Origin: the human T2T-CHM13v2.0 reference genome, Homo sapiens
Length of the DNA stretch: 64,000 bases
NCBI RefSeq assembly: GCF_009914755.1
Contig: NC_060930.1
Direction: 5' to 3' (one strand)
Of the stretch, positions 28,786 to 41,600 are shown piece by piece. How positions within the stretch are numbered: the stretch's first letter is position 1; each line of letters begins with the position of its first letter. The position numbers were made by a program, and so were the translations under genes. The notes under the pieces are model-generated. The model made no database searches. It saw nothing but the letters and a program-made list of their open reading frames with translations, and was not told the DNA's origin.

Positions 28786-29156
28786 TGATATGATGCGGCT
28801 GTGTCCCCACCCAAATCTCATCTTGAGTTGTAGTTCCCATAATCCCTGCACGTCGTAGGAGGGACACAGTGGAAGGTAATTTAATCATGGGGGCGGTTAC
28901 CCTGATACTCTTCTCGTGACAGTGAGTTCTCACAAGATCTGATGGTTTTATAAGGGGTTTTTCATCTTTTGCCCAGCACTCCTCCTTGCTGCCGCCATGT
29001 GAAAAACGACAGGTTTGCTTTTCCTTCTGCCATGATTGTGAGTTTCCTGAAGCCTCCCCAGCCATGCTGAACTGTGAGTCAATTAAAGCTCTTTCCTTTA
29101 TAAATTACCAAGTCTTGGGTATGTCTTTATTAGCAGCATGAGAACAGACTAATACA
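28786..29156 (+). mobile_element. THE1 (MaLR) solo LTR
   Basis: tgatatg...ctgtgtccccacccaaatctcatcttga...gagaacagactaataca; perfect 5-bp TSD caagt. Confidence 0.96.
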
Positions 29157-29392
29157 CAAGTCGTCTTCTTTGTTTCCTTTATGAAAATATCTGTAGAAGA
29201 AGCTCCGATATTTCCTTGGGGATTCATTGGCATTTACAGCATTTTGGTTATTTTTCCTCTTGTGAGATAAGAACTATTACAGAATTACTGCTCTTAGTAT
29301 AATTTTTAACAACCTGATCAGCAAAGGTCATATTTGAAGGTAATGTGATTGGTAGAGATAATGATGTGTTTGTCCTTCTGATTACCATGTAG

Positions 29393-29617
29393 GTGATCCA
29401 CAAGAAATAGATTGTCTTGAAACAAGAACTAATTAAAGCAACAATCGGAATATTTCTTAGATGATTTTCTTATGTGTTTAAAGTGTACAGATACAGATAA
29501 GCAAGGGACTGTAGCTGGCCAGCTATGGATCATTAACAGCCCAGTGGGAAGCATTGCTCGTACAATCTCTCCAGAGTTTGGCAGGACCCATTCCATGCTA
29601 TGGTGCCTCACTTTTAA
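29393..29617 (+). pseudogene. Fossil exon
   Basis: ccttctgattaccatgtAG| ... TAA|GTAACG; long open stretch KQQSEYFLDDFLMCLKCTDTDKQGTVAGQLWIINSPVG…. Confidence 0.4.
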
Positions 29618-29643
29618 GTAACGTAATAATCTCTAGCATACTT

Positions 29644-30002
29644 TTATTTATTTTTTTTATTTCCGTAGTTTTTTGGGGGAACAAGTGGCATCAGGTTACA
29701 TGAGTAAGTTCTTTAGTGGTGATCTGCGAGATTTGGGTGCACCCATCACCTTAGCAGTATAAACTGAACCCAATTTGTAGTCTTTTATCCCTCACCCACT
29801 TCCCATCCTTTCCCCGAGTCCCCAAAGTCCACTGTATCATTCTTATGCCTTTGCATCCTCATAGGATGCTCCCACTTATGAGTGAAAACATGTGATGTTT
29901 GGTTTTCCTTTTCTGAGTTACTTCACTTACAATAATGGTCTCCAATCCCATCCAAGTTGCCGCAAATGTTAATTTATTTGCTTTTATGGCTGAGTAGAAT
30001 TT

Positions 30003-30040
<38 letters not shown>

Positions 30041-30044
30041 TACA

Positions 30045-30105
<61 letters not shown>

Positions 30106-30272
30106 GTTTCATTATCCACTTGTTTATTGATGGGCATTTGGGCTGGTTCCACATATTTGCAGTTGCGAATTGTGCTGCTATAAACATGTGTGTGCTAGTA
30201 TCTTTTTTGTATAATGACTTCTTTTCCTCTGGGTAGATACCCAGAAGTGGGATTGCTGGATCAAATGGTAGT
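29644..30272 (-). mobile_element. L1PB 3' fragment containing a (TA)n microsatellite
   Basis: ggttacatgagtaagttctttagtggtgat...; degenerate TSD tctagcatactt / tctagaatgctt. Confidence 0.9.
30007..30101. repeat. Interrupted (TA)n microsatellite
   Basis: (AT)15 gatgtacacc (TA)27. Confidence 0.95.
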
Positions 30273-30508
30273 TCTAGAATGCTTATTGAGAAGAGAAGAA
30301 TTTCATGTAATTGGTCCCAATTCTTAAACTAAAGCTCATTGTTAGACTAAACTCTTTTACTCTTCTACCTACACATAAACCTATTTGGCTTTTTGGCATA
30401 ACTGTAGGAAATGGCAAGCTACTGGCAGAATACTGTTCTTTGACCCCACACAGAAAATCTTTGGAACTGCCATTGATTAAATCCTGTGTCTCATGTTTTT
30501 TGTTGTAG

Positions 30509-30573
30509 TTGTTGTTGCTGGATTCATACTATTCAGTGCAGTGCACAGTGATAAACCAGCAGAAATATCTAAG
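30509..30573 (+). pseudogene. Fossil exon
   Basis: ttttttgttgtAG| ... AAG|GTACCT; open frame VVAGFILFSAVHSDKPAEISK. Confidence 0.4.
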
Positions 30574-31046
30574 GTACCTTATATGATATTATTGAGGACA
30601 AAAATTAATACTCTCCCTAGTATTTTCATAACAGCCACATTTTGTCTTTTCCTGTGTAAGAAGTGTGCCAGCATACCATTTCTAATCAGAAACCAAGCCC
30701 AGAGGCCTAGGATTATGGGAACAAACCCATTTGCTTTATGAGGTTTGCCAAACCTTGTACTTGTTACAATGACAAACCTGCTACTATGGAGAGAAGAGCA
30801 GTTGATAGCTTTTAACTCTATGAGTCTTTTTTGCCTGGTGGATCCAGACATCTCATAGTCTGTAGAATACCTTAATGCTCTCAGACAGGATGAAGTGACA
30901 TTAATTTCTTTATATGACAGGTAAACTGAGGCATTTCTTGGATTGTGAAAGTTCTGAAAATTGTAGTCCACTTTAAATAACAACAGCTAGATGTTTTGTA
31001 CTAAATAATGCATGAAAGAACTGCTATTGTATTTGCAGCTAAACAG

Positions 31047-31212
31047 GTTTGGACCTATTTGGAGATCGTCTGGGCAATGAACTGAGCCTACTTGCCCTTT
31101 ACAGATTCCTCCTCTACAAAAATAGCCAGCTGCAAAGTGCTGTGGTCTTGTCTACATTCAGGCCCATATCAGCAAAAGCACCTACAAGAAAATAAGAGAG
31201 CAAAAATAACTG
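31047..31212 (+). pseudogene. Fossil exon
   Basis: AG| ... CTG|GTGAAA; LDLFGDRLGNELSLLALYRFLLYKNSQLQ… matches the RGS N-terminal pattern L.N...L..F.RFL..K. Confidence 0.5.
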
Positions 31213-31594
31213 GTGAAAAAAAAAGATATGTGATCTTTGGGGGTATCAGACATGTTTACTTGCGGTTTCTTTTCTTTAATCCAATAAAAGTATTGGCATA
31301 GTGTTTGGTATTTGAGGCATAGTAGTGGGAGTACTGTCACGATGTAACTAAAGATGGTGGGAAAACCAGTTTGAATAAAATGAGATCCAACTTGAACCTT
31401 TGCCCGTTCCTGGAACTAAAGTCAAGTCAACCCACTGTTAAGTGTCAAAAACGTTGAGTCACTAGCCTCCTTTTTGTTCATCTGTTTCTGAATATGTGTA
31501 TATGCCTGCTTTTTTTTTTTGTACTCTTAAAAAATAGACTTGCTTGTGGCATTCGGTATGCAATTCTCAGCTTACTACATCCTCATGAAATTTA

Positions 31595-31962
31595 TTTTCA
31601 TTTATTTATTTATTTTTATTTCAATAGTTTTGGGGGTATAGGTGGTTTTTGGTTACATGGATAAGTTCTTTAGCAGTGCTTTCTGAGATTTTGGTGCACC
31701 TGACACCTGAGCAATGTAAACTATACCCAATATGTAGTCTTTTATCCCTCACTCCATTCCTACCCAGACCCCCAAAGTCCATTATATCATTCTTATGCTT
31801 TCACGTTCTCATAGCTTAGCTCCCACTTATAAGTGAGAACATACGATATTTGGTTTTCCGTTCCTGAGTTACTTCACTTAGAATAATGGCCTCCAGCTCC
31901 ATCCGAGTTGCTGCAAAGACCATTATTTCATTCCTTTTTATGGCTGAATAGTACTCCATGGG
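31595..31962 (-). mobile_element. L1PB 3' end fragment
   Basis: L1PB 3'UTR; perfect 15-bp TSD tcctcatgaaattta at 31580-31594 and 31963-31977. Confidence 0.93.
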
Positions 31963-32305
31963 TCCTCATGAAATTTAAATTTAAAGGGATAAATATGAAA
32001 TGAAAGTTCTCAAAACATATTTATAAATTTTGATGTTTTCATTTGATTTCTGCTACACTTCTTAGGATCTGTCTTTTGTATGGGTTTTGGAAACTGCTGT
32101 GAAATCTGCTTCATTAGGTTTCATTTCAGAGAATATTAGAAAGTGAAACATACTTTTAAGTACCAGTCCCAAATCCATTAGTCTTTAATCTTTGAGTAAC
32201 TAATTATTCATTCCTGTAAGATAAAGCCTAGGCTTTCAGCTCATCTCATTTTGTCTCTCTCCTCACTTACTTTACATGAGAGCACTGCTTTTCCAGCTTT
32301 TTTAG

Positions 32306-32590
32306 TTCCTTTGAACCACTTTGAAGAGTTAAATTACTTCCGAGACCATCTATTCTGGTCTCAGATAATCACTGCTATAAAAACTTACTAGATTTAGTAG
32401 AGGGAACTGAACTGTGCCAGAGAGAAACTTAAGAAGAAAATAGCTAATTCATGTCAAAAATAGAATTGTAGTTATTGACATATTATATCTGTTAATATAC
32501 CACGTAGCCTGTCCATTGATCACACTGATGAAGCCCTTCTGAAAGCATACTGCCCATTAGAAGGATGAATACGTCTTCAAAAAAGGGAAG
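32306..32590 (+). pseudogene. Fossil exon
   Basis: ttttccagcttttttAG| ... AAG|GTATAA; SFEPL*RVKLLPRPSILVSDNHCYKNLLDLVEGTELCQRET*. Confidence 0.4.
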
Positions 32591-32699
32591 GTATAAAGCA
32601 TTTAGGACATCAGAGGAGCTCACTCCATTTTTTTAGAAATAGGACCATATATTGTGTATTTTTTTAAGCAAATTAGGATACATTGAAATACTCCTCCCC

Positions 32700-32701
<2 letters not shown>

Positions 32702-32743
<42 letters not shown>
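32702..32743. repeat. (AC)21 microsatellite
   Basis: Perfect dinucleotide run. Confidence 0.97.
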
Positions 32744-32745
<2 letters not shown>

Positions 32746-32784
32746 TTTCAATATTCTTTTGGTCAAAATAACTGCAATGATTGT

Positions 32785-33038
32785 TTGTGAAACCTTCCCC
32801 AACTGCCCTAGGCAGAATTTGTAGTTCCCTCCACTGTGCTTTCTTAGTTCTTCAGACATCCCTCTATTATGAAATTTACATTTTTATATTGTAATTATCT
32901 GTTTGCATTTTTGTTCTCTTCCTCTCCAGCTGAACTATGAAAGCAAGGACCATATCTTATTCAGGTTTGTTCCTCAGTGCTCAGTACATTATAAGTGTTC
33001 AATAGATGCTTAATGGATGTACAAGTGAATGAGTGAAT
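32785..33038 (+). mobile_element. L2 3' end
   Basis: gaaagcaaggaccatatcttattc...gttcaatagatgcttaatggatg...gtgaatgagtgaat. Confidence 0.75.
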
Positions 33039-34431
33039 TGGTGGAACGCCCATGAGTCAGATTAGGTAAAGACTGAGTTCTCTTGGAAATCTTCCAAACT
33101 ACCCACCTGCCCTCTGCAATTGAGGATAGTGCTCTGCACCTGTGACATATGTCATCAACCACAGCCACCATTTGATTTCCTCTATATTGAAAGAGACTCC
33201 CCATTTAAAACAGGGGTGAATAGATTGCTTTTCCCTGGCAACCCCAAAGAGAACCAATTGCATCAAGAACAAAGCTTTCTGAATCCTCAGGATTCCAGTG
33301 AAGGTCTTTGGTGGAGGGAGGGAAGAAATAGAGACATTGTGCATCCCTGAGTAAGATAATTCCTATGCCCTGTCCCCTCCCAGGGGCCAAACCCTGGGGA
33401 GGAATGACAGCAAAACCCCAGACAGGTTTGCGGTATCTGAGAAGACAGGGACCAAAGCTTTTTCCCTTGGTGTAACTAACCCAAGAGAGGGAGCAAGACC
33501 AGAAGAGATGTAGCTGCACAGTGTGTACAGGAAGAGAAAGTCTTAGAGCTTCAGGTACCTTGAGTTCAGTTTGGATGAAGAAGCAGAATCTGAGAACATG
33601 AAGTGTTCAATCCTTAGGGAGGCTCAGTCTTTTCATGTCTCAAAGTAACTCTGGATTGAGAAGGTCTCCTGCTCATGTGGGAATGGCATTGAGCCCAGGG
33701 AGTCTCTGATGGTCTAGCAGGGCTCAGGAGCAGCCGAATGACCTCTGTGCCCCCTAGAGAGCCATGCTAATACGTAAGAGACAGCTGAATGCAATGTGGC
33801 TTTGCATTTGGGGACATGAGACAACCCAGCATCAATCTGTATGAACAGTGATGAGAGACCAGTAAGACCAAGGTCATTTCAGACGATTTCAGACGATGCC
33901 TAGGTGAGAAGATGACCTGAGGACCAGATGCTACTATGCTCTTGAAGCCTTGGCCAGGGAAATGCCATACACAATCTAAGGTCAAGGAGGCTGGAAATAG
34001 ACATTAAATTAATTTATAAATTAATTTATAGATAAATAAAGTTGTTATTTCTACATACCTTTGAGGACTTTAATCCAATATATGCCATAAATACCATTTC
34101 AAATAATTGTGTCTTTCTCAGTGATACTGGTTTACTCTACTCAAAAGTGGAGAAAGACCTTGGCAGCTCACAAAACTTCCAGACACATAGATATTCCTCT
34201 GAGTCTAAATCTCTTTTGCATGTACCCAATTCAGTATTCTAATTTGGAAAACTTTTATATGTTTAGTGATAATAAACTTTAGCACTTTCTGAAATATCTA
34301 CAATGGTAGCTCATGCTTCAGTTTGTTCATCTTCTAAAATATTTTGTATATATATATATAATTATTATTACTACTGCTACTATAGCTTATTCTATTATCC
34401 CAGAAGTCAGGAATAAGAATTACACATAGTA

Positions 34432-34748
<317 letters not shown>

Positions 34749-35959
34749 ACACATAGTATAGCCTTTTTGTTTTGTGGTGATAGAGATTTTATTCTGTACA
34801 TGGGGAGCAAGATTTGGCTTGCAATAAACCAAATCTGCAGTGGAGAGGAACACTTTATAACAGAGTTGCATTGTATTCAGAAATAGAGATCACTGATAAA
34901 GACTCCAATAGAAGCTATTCAACCTCCTGTTCAAATATTTTCTAAATTATTGGTCTCTCTGTGAGAACATTTTCCTCTGGTATAAACAGTGGCCATGAAT
35001 AGGATGAGTGTTTGAACAGTACAAAAGTACCAGGTTTCTTCCTGTTACCCAAACAGCAATAAAGGCCAATGGTACAGCACCCTACACAGCAGCCCATGTT
35101 AGACAATGGATCTTACACGCGAGAGGCTGAGACGTTCAGTTCTCTGATAACATGAATGTCCAGTTCCAGCTGGGGAGACACCAACAGCCAAAGTGAACAG
35201 TTGCAAAAGAGCCATTGAGTAAAAATGGGAAGGCTTCCTTTGCCTCCAAAGCCATGGCAGAATGCAATGGAGCTACATCTGGGAGTTTGGGAATGAATCG
35301 TGTTATTGTATTAAGGAACTGAGCACATACTCTGTTACGCTTCCCTGCCCCCACAACCTGTTCCCAAGGATGTGGTCCTACTGATTTATCTGTACATATC
35401 AGTGTCCAAGGAAAGAAAGGGAAAAAATGAGGTTAAAGAGAAAACTCTGGGTTTTCTTTTTTATTTTGAGAAACTAAAAGGCAGAAGTGATTATGTACAT
35501 AATCATTAAAACATGTTAAGTATTTAGGTTTTTAAAACGCAATATGTATAAATACATTTCAGAGGCAACTGTGATTATTTTCTCCGTTTTTCAAATGGGG
35601 AAACTTAACCACAGAGAGGTTAAACAACTAAAAGTTTTGTGACTGAAATGCCAGCTCAGGTGTGTCTGGTTCATGGTCCTCACCTGGCAATGATGAAGAT
35701 GATGACTCAAACCTTGACTTTCACATTTTTTTGACTGCAATTTACAAGAAGAAATTCATTTTTTTTGCTGAGACCTACCATACTCTGTGTGTGTGTGTGT
35801 AACACAAGTTTTATAAAATAATAACAAAATAATATGTACTTTTCCTGCAGGCTCAAAATGCTATTTCCTATTTTGTTTTCTTTAAAGGAAAGACAAATAT
35901 AATGATCCTCTAAGTCATTAGAGGATTCTAATTCACTCATTTTATGATTCTCCAATAGG

Positions 35960-36550
35960 TCTTGAAACACAGTTTGAAAAACTCTTAACTGAAATATCTC
36001 CACCAAGTGGACCCTTGGCCTTTGAACACTCTCACTACAAGAATCTGAATTCTTCTGTAACTGTCCATTTTGTTTTTGGACATTTCTACATGTAGAGACA
36101 AGATCTATGTTTCTGTTATTCTTATGACAGCCTTCCAGGACCTGGGAATGACTGTCAAATCTCTCATGAGGTATCTCTTCTCCAAATTGGATATTCCCAT
36201 TTCCTTTGTTTTTCAATATAATCTGGTTTCCATTCTGTCCACTAATCTTAGAATACACACCATTTTAAGATATCCCAAGTGTGCACAGCAGATTGGACCC
36301 TTATCCTTTGACTTAAATCCCAAACCTAGATTTTACTACCCAGAGCTATATTTCTCTATCGTTTAAAATCATATTAACCTGTTTGGCAGCTACATTCACA
36401 TTGTTGTCCTTCATGAACTTATCAGCAACAATCAGAAAGTCCATTTTTGCTTATGACAATCAAACTTAACTTTAGCCTGATGCCAATCTAAGATCATTGT
36501 TCATCATCATAAATTATACATGGACAGACTCTGAATACAGAACTTGTGCT
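35960..36550 (-). mobile_element. L3/CR1 LINE fossil (ORF2 C-terminus)
   Basis: Minus-strand translation GISNLEKRYLMRDLTVI…EGCHK matches the CR1 tail pattern GLFSLEKRRLRGDLI.V.KYLKGC. Confidence 0.65.
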
Positions 36551-36988
36551 ACAGATAAGTCATGACATTCAAAGGACAATTCTACTATGTACTTTTAATT
36601 AATTACCTTTTGGGGGTTAAATAATGTATATCACTTCAGAATGATGAGTTAAATTTGATGCCTAGTGTGTATACTATTTCTTTGTAGGTCAACTGTGCAT
36701 TACTTCTTCTATATATATGTTTCTTCAATATGCTTTTTTTAAAACCTGAATTGGCTTCAGCTTTTTTTCTTTAATCAAGAAAATTTTTATTACTAAGGCA
36801 ATGATACAGTCAGTTGTTTTTATTTGACATTCCAACATTGACTACCAATTTCATTTTAGGAACCATGCTTTTTGTTTATGTATCATGTGATTAATTTATA
36901 TGTTATTTATTTCCTAAATCCTGTTGAGACTGCCTCCCAGCAGATTCTCCCTTTCTCAGAAAAAAGATATTCTTTTTTTTGTTTACAG

Positions 36989-37041
36989 TCCGATAATGTA
37001 CATAATAAGGAATAAGGCAAGGATATATTCCAATGATACAG
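36989..37041 (+). pseudogene. Fossil exon (53 nt)
   Basis: tcttttttttgtttacAG| ... CAG|GTTAGG; SDNVHNKE*GKDIFQ*Y. Confidence 0.45.
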
Positions 37042-37114
37042 GTTAGGAATTTTGTAAAATCCTTTGATTTAAATAATCGGATCCCAGGATAAAATGTCTT
37101 AATGTGGCATCAAG

Positions 37115-37181
37115 GACTGCTGATGGATAGACGCTGCAGAAAGACAAAGCTTGGTGGTACAGAAAAAAAGAACTGGCCAAA
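37115..37181 (+). pseudogene. Fossil exon (67 nt)
   Basis: Weak acceptor; donor AAA|GTAAGA; TADG*TLQKDKAWWYRKKELAK. Confidence 0.35.
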
Positions 37182-37589
37182 GTAAGAAATCTCTGCTTCG
37201 GAGATTGAGGTTTATTCCCTGCAGGTGGGCAGCTATGTGACATAGAGACTAAAAAAGGGAATAAAAACGTGGTAGCTGACCTGGCATTTTTCAGACTCTG
37301 CTCTCTGAGCAAGGAATGGGTATTGGTGAGAAGCCATCCAGTGGAGCTCCAAGTTCCCTGTTCCATGCCCAACAAATGCCCTCTCTCTTCATCCAAAGCA
37401 GGTCCCCATGGGTCTGTTTTACATATTGTACCTCTGTTTAAACTGTGTTTACCCATGGCTAAAAGAAGTTTCCAAAGCAGTGGATAAGATGGTCTTTTAA
37501 TTGCTCTTCCACCCTAGGATGTCTCTGCTAAATTCAAAATGATTTCTGTTTGGACACTATTTTATAAAGAGTGTATTAACCTGCTTTAG

Positions 37590-37668
37590 TAAGGATGGAA
37601 GGAATGTGTCTGCAATGATAACCCATATGTTATCAATGTCTAAAAGATTCCAGAAGAACAGCAAAAAA
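37590..37668 (+). pseudogene. Fossil exon (79 nt)
   Basis: cctgctttAG| ... AAA|GTAAGT; one frame fully open: KDGRNVSAMITHMLSMSKRFQKNSKK. Confidence 0.4.
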
Positions 37669-38654
37669 GTAAGTTTATCTAGCTTCACTTAAGATGGAGG
37701 AGTCTGAGTTTAGCAATAGCCAAGTTAAGACTAGACCATTCAGCAAACTGACACAAATCAGTATATTTGCACATCAGCTACCAGCTGCCCCCTCTGGCCT
37801 TACTCCTTTGGTTCTTTGCCCCCTGCTCTTCCCAGGAGACCCTTCAGCTCAACTTTTACTCATAGGCCTTAGCATCAAATGGTTCCATTAGACCTGGGAG
37901 GTGAATTTCAGCTCTTATTTGCAGCCTTGGTTCCTCTTTCCACTGGGTTGACCTTGGCCTATGACACTACTGTCCTCTGGACTCCTTTGCAGATCTCCTA
38001 CCCTACAGTCACCTTTGTATGAGCTGGGCCCATTCTTAATTATTCTCTCAAATTCCAGTCAAGCTCTCCCCTCTCTGAGACTCTGCCCTGCTCTTAAACT
38101 GCCTCTGTGACGGGGCTTCCAGAGATCTCATCACTATGCTGTACTCAACCATCCAGCACCAGCTTACCTCATCCAAGAATGTCTGGCCTGGATGTGCCTG
38201 TGCTGGTTGTACCCCTGAGAGCTGCTCCTTCCCTATCTGGATGTCTCCTTCACCTAGGTGTGGGTAATAGTGCTCTCTCTCTGCCTAATCTTTGATTCAC
38301 TAAAGAATTCTGAACAAGGAAGATTGAAGGAGTTCAGTTGTTGTTTTTGCTATTGTTGCTGATGTTGGTTTTTTGTTTTGTTTTATCTGTCAGGAATGGT
38401 TGCAAGTGTATCTCTAACCCAGTTTTAGTTCTGCTGCAGGTCATCTTTCTATTTTGTATCCTAGTTCTGTCTGTGGCCTGTTTTTATTGTTTCTTCCATC
38501 TCATGTCCTACTACATAAATGCCAGATGAAAATAAAAGCCTATCATATGTCACCCTTTACACACCAATCAGGGCTCATGTCAGACATAGTCTAGGAATTC
38601 ACACATATTGGCTCATTCCCACTTCATTACAAACCTGGTAGGTTGGTATCGTTA

Positions 38655-41600
38655 GCCAAACCTAAGATAATCAGTGTTTCTGAGGAAGAAGAGAATTCTA
38701 AAAGCTTGGAAAACATATTTGGGGGAATAATCAAGGAAAACTTCTCCAGCCTTGCTGGAGACCTAGACATCCAAATACAAGAAGCATAAAGAACACCTGG
38801 GAAATTCATATCAAAAAAGATCTTTGCCTAGGCACATTGTCATCAGGTTATCCAAAGTTAAACGAAGGAAAGAATCTTAAGAACTGTGAGACAGAAGCAC
38901 CACGTAACCTATAAAGGAAAACCCATCAGATTAACAGCAGATTTCTCAGCAGAAACCCAACAGCTAGAAGGGATTGGGGCCTTATCTTTAGCCTCCTCAA
39001 ACAAAACAATTATCAGCCAAGAATTTTGTATCCAGCAAAACGAAGCATCATACATGAAGGAAAGATAGTCTTTTTCAGACAAACAAATGCTGAGAGAATT
39101 TGCCGTTACCAAACCACCACTACAAGAGCTGCTAAAAGGAGCTCTAAATCTTGAAACAAATCCTGGAAGCAAATCAAAACAGAATCTCTTTAAAGCATAA
39201 ATCACAGGGGACCTATAAAACAAAAACACAAGTTAAAAAGCAAAAAGAAAAAACAAAAAAAAACAAAGTACACAGGCAACAAAGAGCATGATGAGTGCAC
39301 TGGTACCTCACATTTCAATACTAACATTGAATGTAAACGGCCTAAATGTTCCACTTAAAAGATACAGAACCACAGAATGGATAAGAACTCACTAACTAAC
39401 TATCTGCTGCCTTCAGGAGACTGACCTAGCACATAAGGACTCACATAAACTTAAAGTAAAGGGGTGGAAAAAGGCATTTCATGCAAATGGACACCAAAAG
39501 TGAGCAGGGGTAGCTATTCTTATATCAGACAAAACAAACTTCAAAGCAACAGCAGTTAAATGAGACAAAGAGAGACATTATATAATTGTAAAAGGCTTTG
39601 TCTAACAGGAAAATATCACAATCCTAAACGTATATACACCCAAATTTATAAAACAATTACTAATAGATGTAAGAAATGAGATAGACAGCAACACAATAAT
39701 AGTGGGGACTCCACTGACAGCACTAGACAGGTCATCGAGACAGAAAGTCAACAAAGAAACAATGGATTTAAACTACACCTTGGAACAAATGGACTTAACA
39801 GATATATACAGAACATTTCCTCCAACAACCACAGAATACACATTCTATTCAACAACGCATGGAACTTTCTCCAAAATAAACCATATAATAGGCCATAAAA
39901 TGAGCCTCAATAAATTTAAGAAAACTGAAATTATATCAAGCACTCTCTCAGACCACAGTGGAATAAAACTGGAAATCAACTCCAAAAGGAACCTTCAAAA
40001 CCATGCAAATACATGGAAATTAAATGCCCTGCTTCTCAATGAGCATTGGGTCAAAAATGAAATCAAAATGGAAATTAAAAAATTCTTCAAACTGAATGAC
40101 AATAGTCACACAACCTATCAAAACCTCTGGTATACAGCAAAAGTGGTGCTAAAAGGAAAGTTCATAGCCCTAAATGCCTACATCAAAAAGACTGAAAGAG
40201 CACAAACAGACAACCTAAGGAACCAGAGAAACAAGAACAAACCAAACCCAAACCCAGCAGAAGAAAGAAATAACAAAGATCAGAGCAGAACTAAATGAAA
40301 TTGAAACAAACAAACAAATACAAAAGACAAATGAAACAAAATCTGCTTCCTTGAAAAGATAAATAAAATCGATAGACCGTTGGTAAGATTAACCAAGAAG
40401 AGAGAAAATCCAAAGAATCTCACTAAGAAATGAAACAGGAAACGAAACTGACACCACTGAAATGCAAAAGATCAGTCAAGATTACTATGAACACTTTACA
40501 CACATAAACTAGAAAACCTAGAAGAAATGGATAAATTCCTGGAAAAAATACAACCCTCCTAGCTTAAATCAGGAAGAATTAGATACCCTGAACAGACCAA
40601 TAACAAGCAGTGAGATTGAAATGGCAATTAAAAAATTATCAACAAAATAAGTCCAGGACCAGGAAGATTCACAGCAGAATTCTTCAAAGAAGAATTGGTA
40701 CCAATCCTTTTGACACTATTCTACAAGATAGAGAAAGAAGGAACCCTCCCTAATTCATTCTATGAAGCCAGCATCACCCTAATACCAAAACCAGGAAAGG
40801 ACATAACAAAAAAAGAAAACTATGGACCAATATCCCTGATGAATATAGATTCCAAAATCCTTAACAAAATACTAGCTAACTGAATCCAACAATATATCAA
40901 AAAGATAATCCACCACGATCAAGTGAGTTTCATACCAGGGATGCAGGGATGGTTTAACATATGCAAGTCAATAAATGTGATACAGCACATAAATATAATT
41001 AAAAACAAAATCACATGATCATTTCAATAGATGCAGAAAAAGCATTTGACAAAATCCAGCATCACTTTATGATTACAACTCTCAGCAAAATCAGCATGCA
41101 AGGGACATACCTTAATGTAATAAAAGCCATCTGTGACAAACCCACAGCCAACATAATACTGAATGGAGAAAAGTTGAAAGCATTCCCTCTGAGATCTGGA
41201 ATAAGACAAGAATACCCACTCTCACTACTCCTCTTCAACATAGTACTGGAAGTCCTAGCCAGGGCAATCAGACAAGAGAAATAAATAAAGGGCATCCAAA
41301 TCGGTAAAGAGGAATTCAAACTGTCACTGTTTGCTGACAATATGATCGTTTACCTTGAAAACCCTAAGGACTCCTCCAGAAATCTCCTAGAACCGATAAA
41401 AGAATTTAGCAGAGTTTCCAGATACAAGATTTATGTACACAAATCAGTAGTTGTTCTATACCACAACAGCGACCAAGCAGAGAATCAAATCAAGAACTTA
41501 ACCCCATTTACAATAGCTGCAAAAAAATAAAATACTTACGAATATACCTAACCAAGGAATCGAAAGACCTCTACGAGGAAAACTACAAAACACTGCTGAA

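Noticed and set aside
30848-30920. AG...CAG|GTAAAC exon candidate
   Set aside because: The donor lies in a MIR-like core (…gacaggtaaactgaggca), so it is probably repeat-derived
33150-33980. GC-richer block, possibly an old LTR (also 37700-38560)
   Set aside because: Could not assign a family or termini by eye
35707-36258. 183-aa minus-strand ORF
   Set aside because: Chance read-through of a CR1/L3 remnant plus flanking simple sequence
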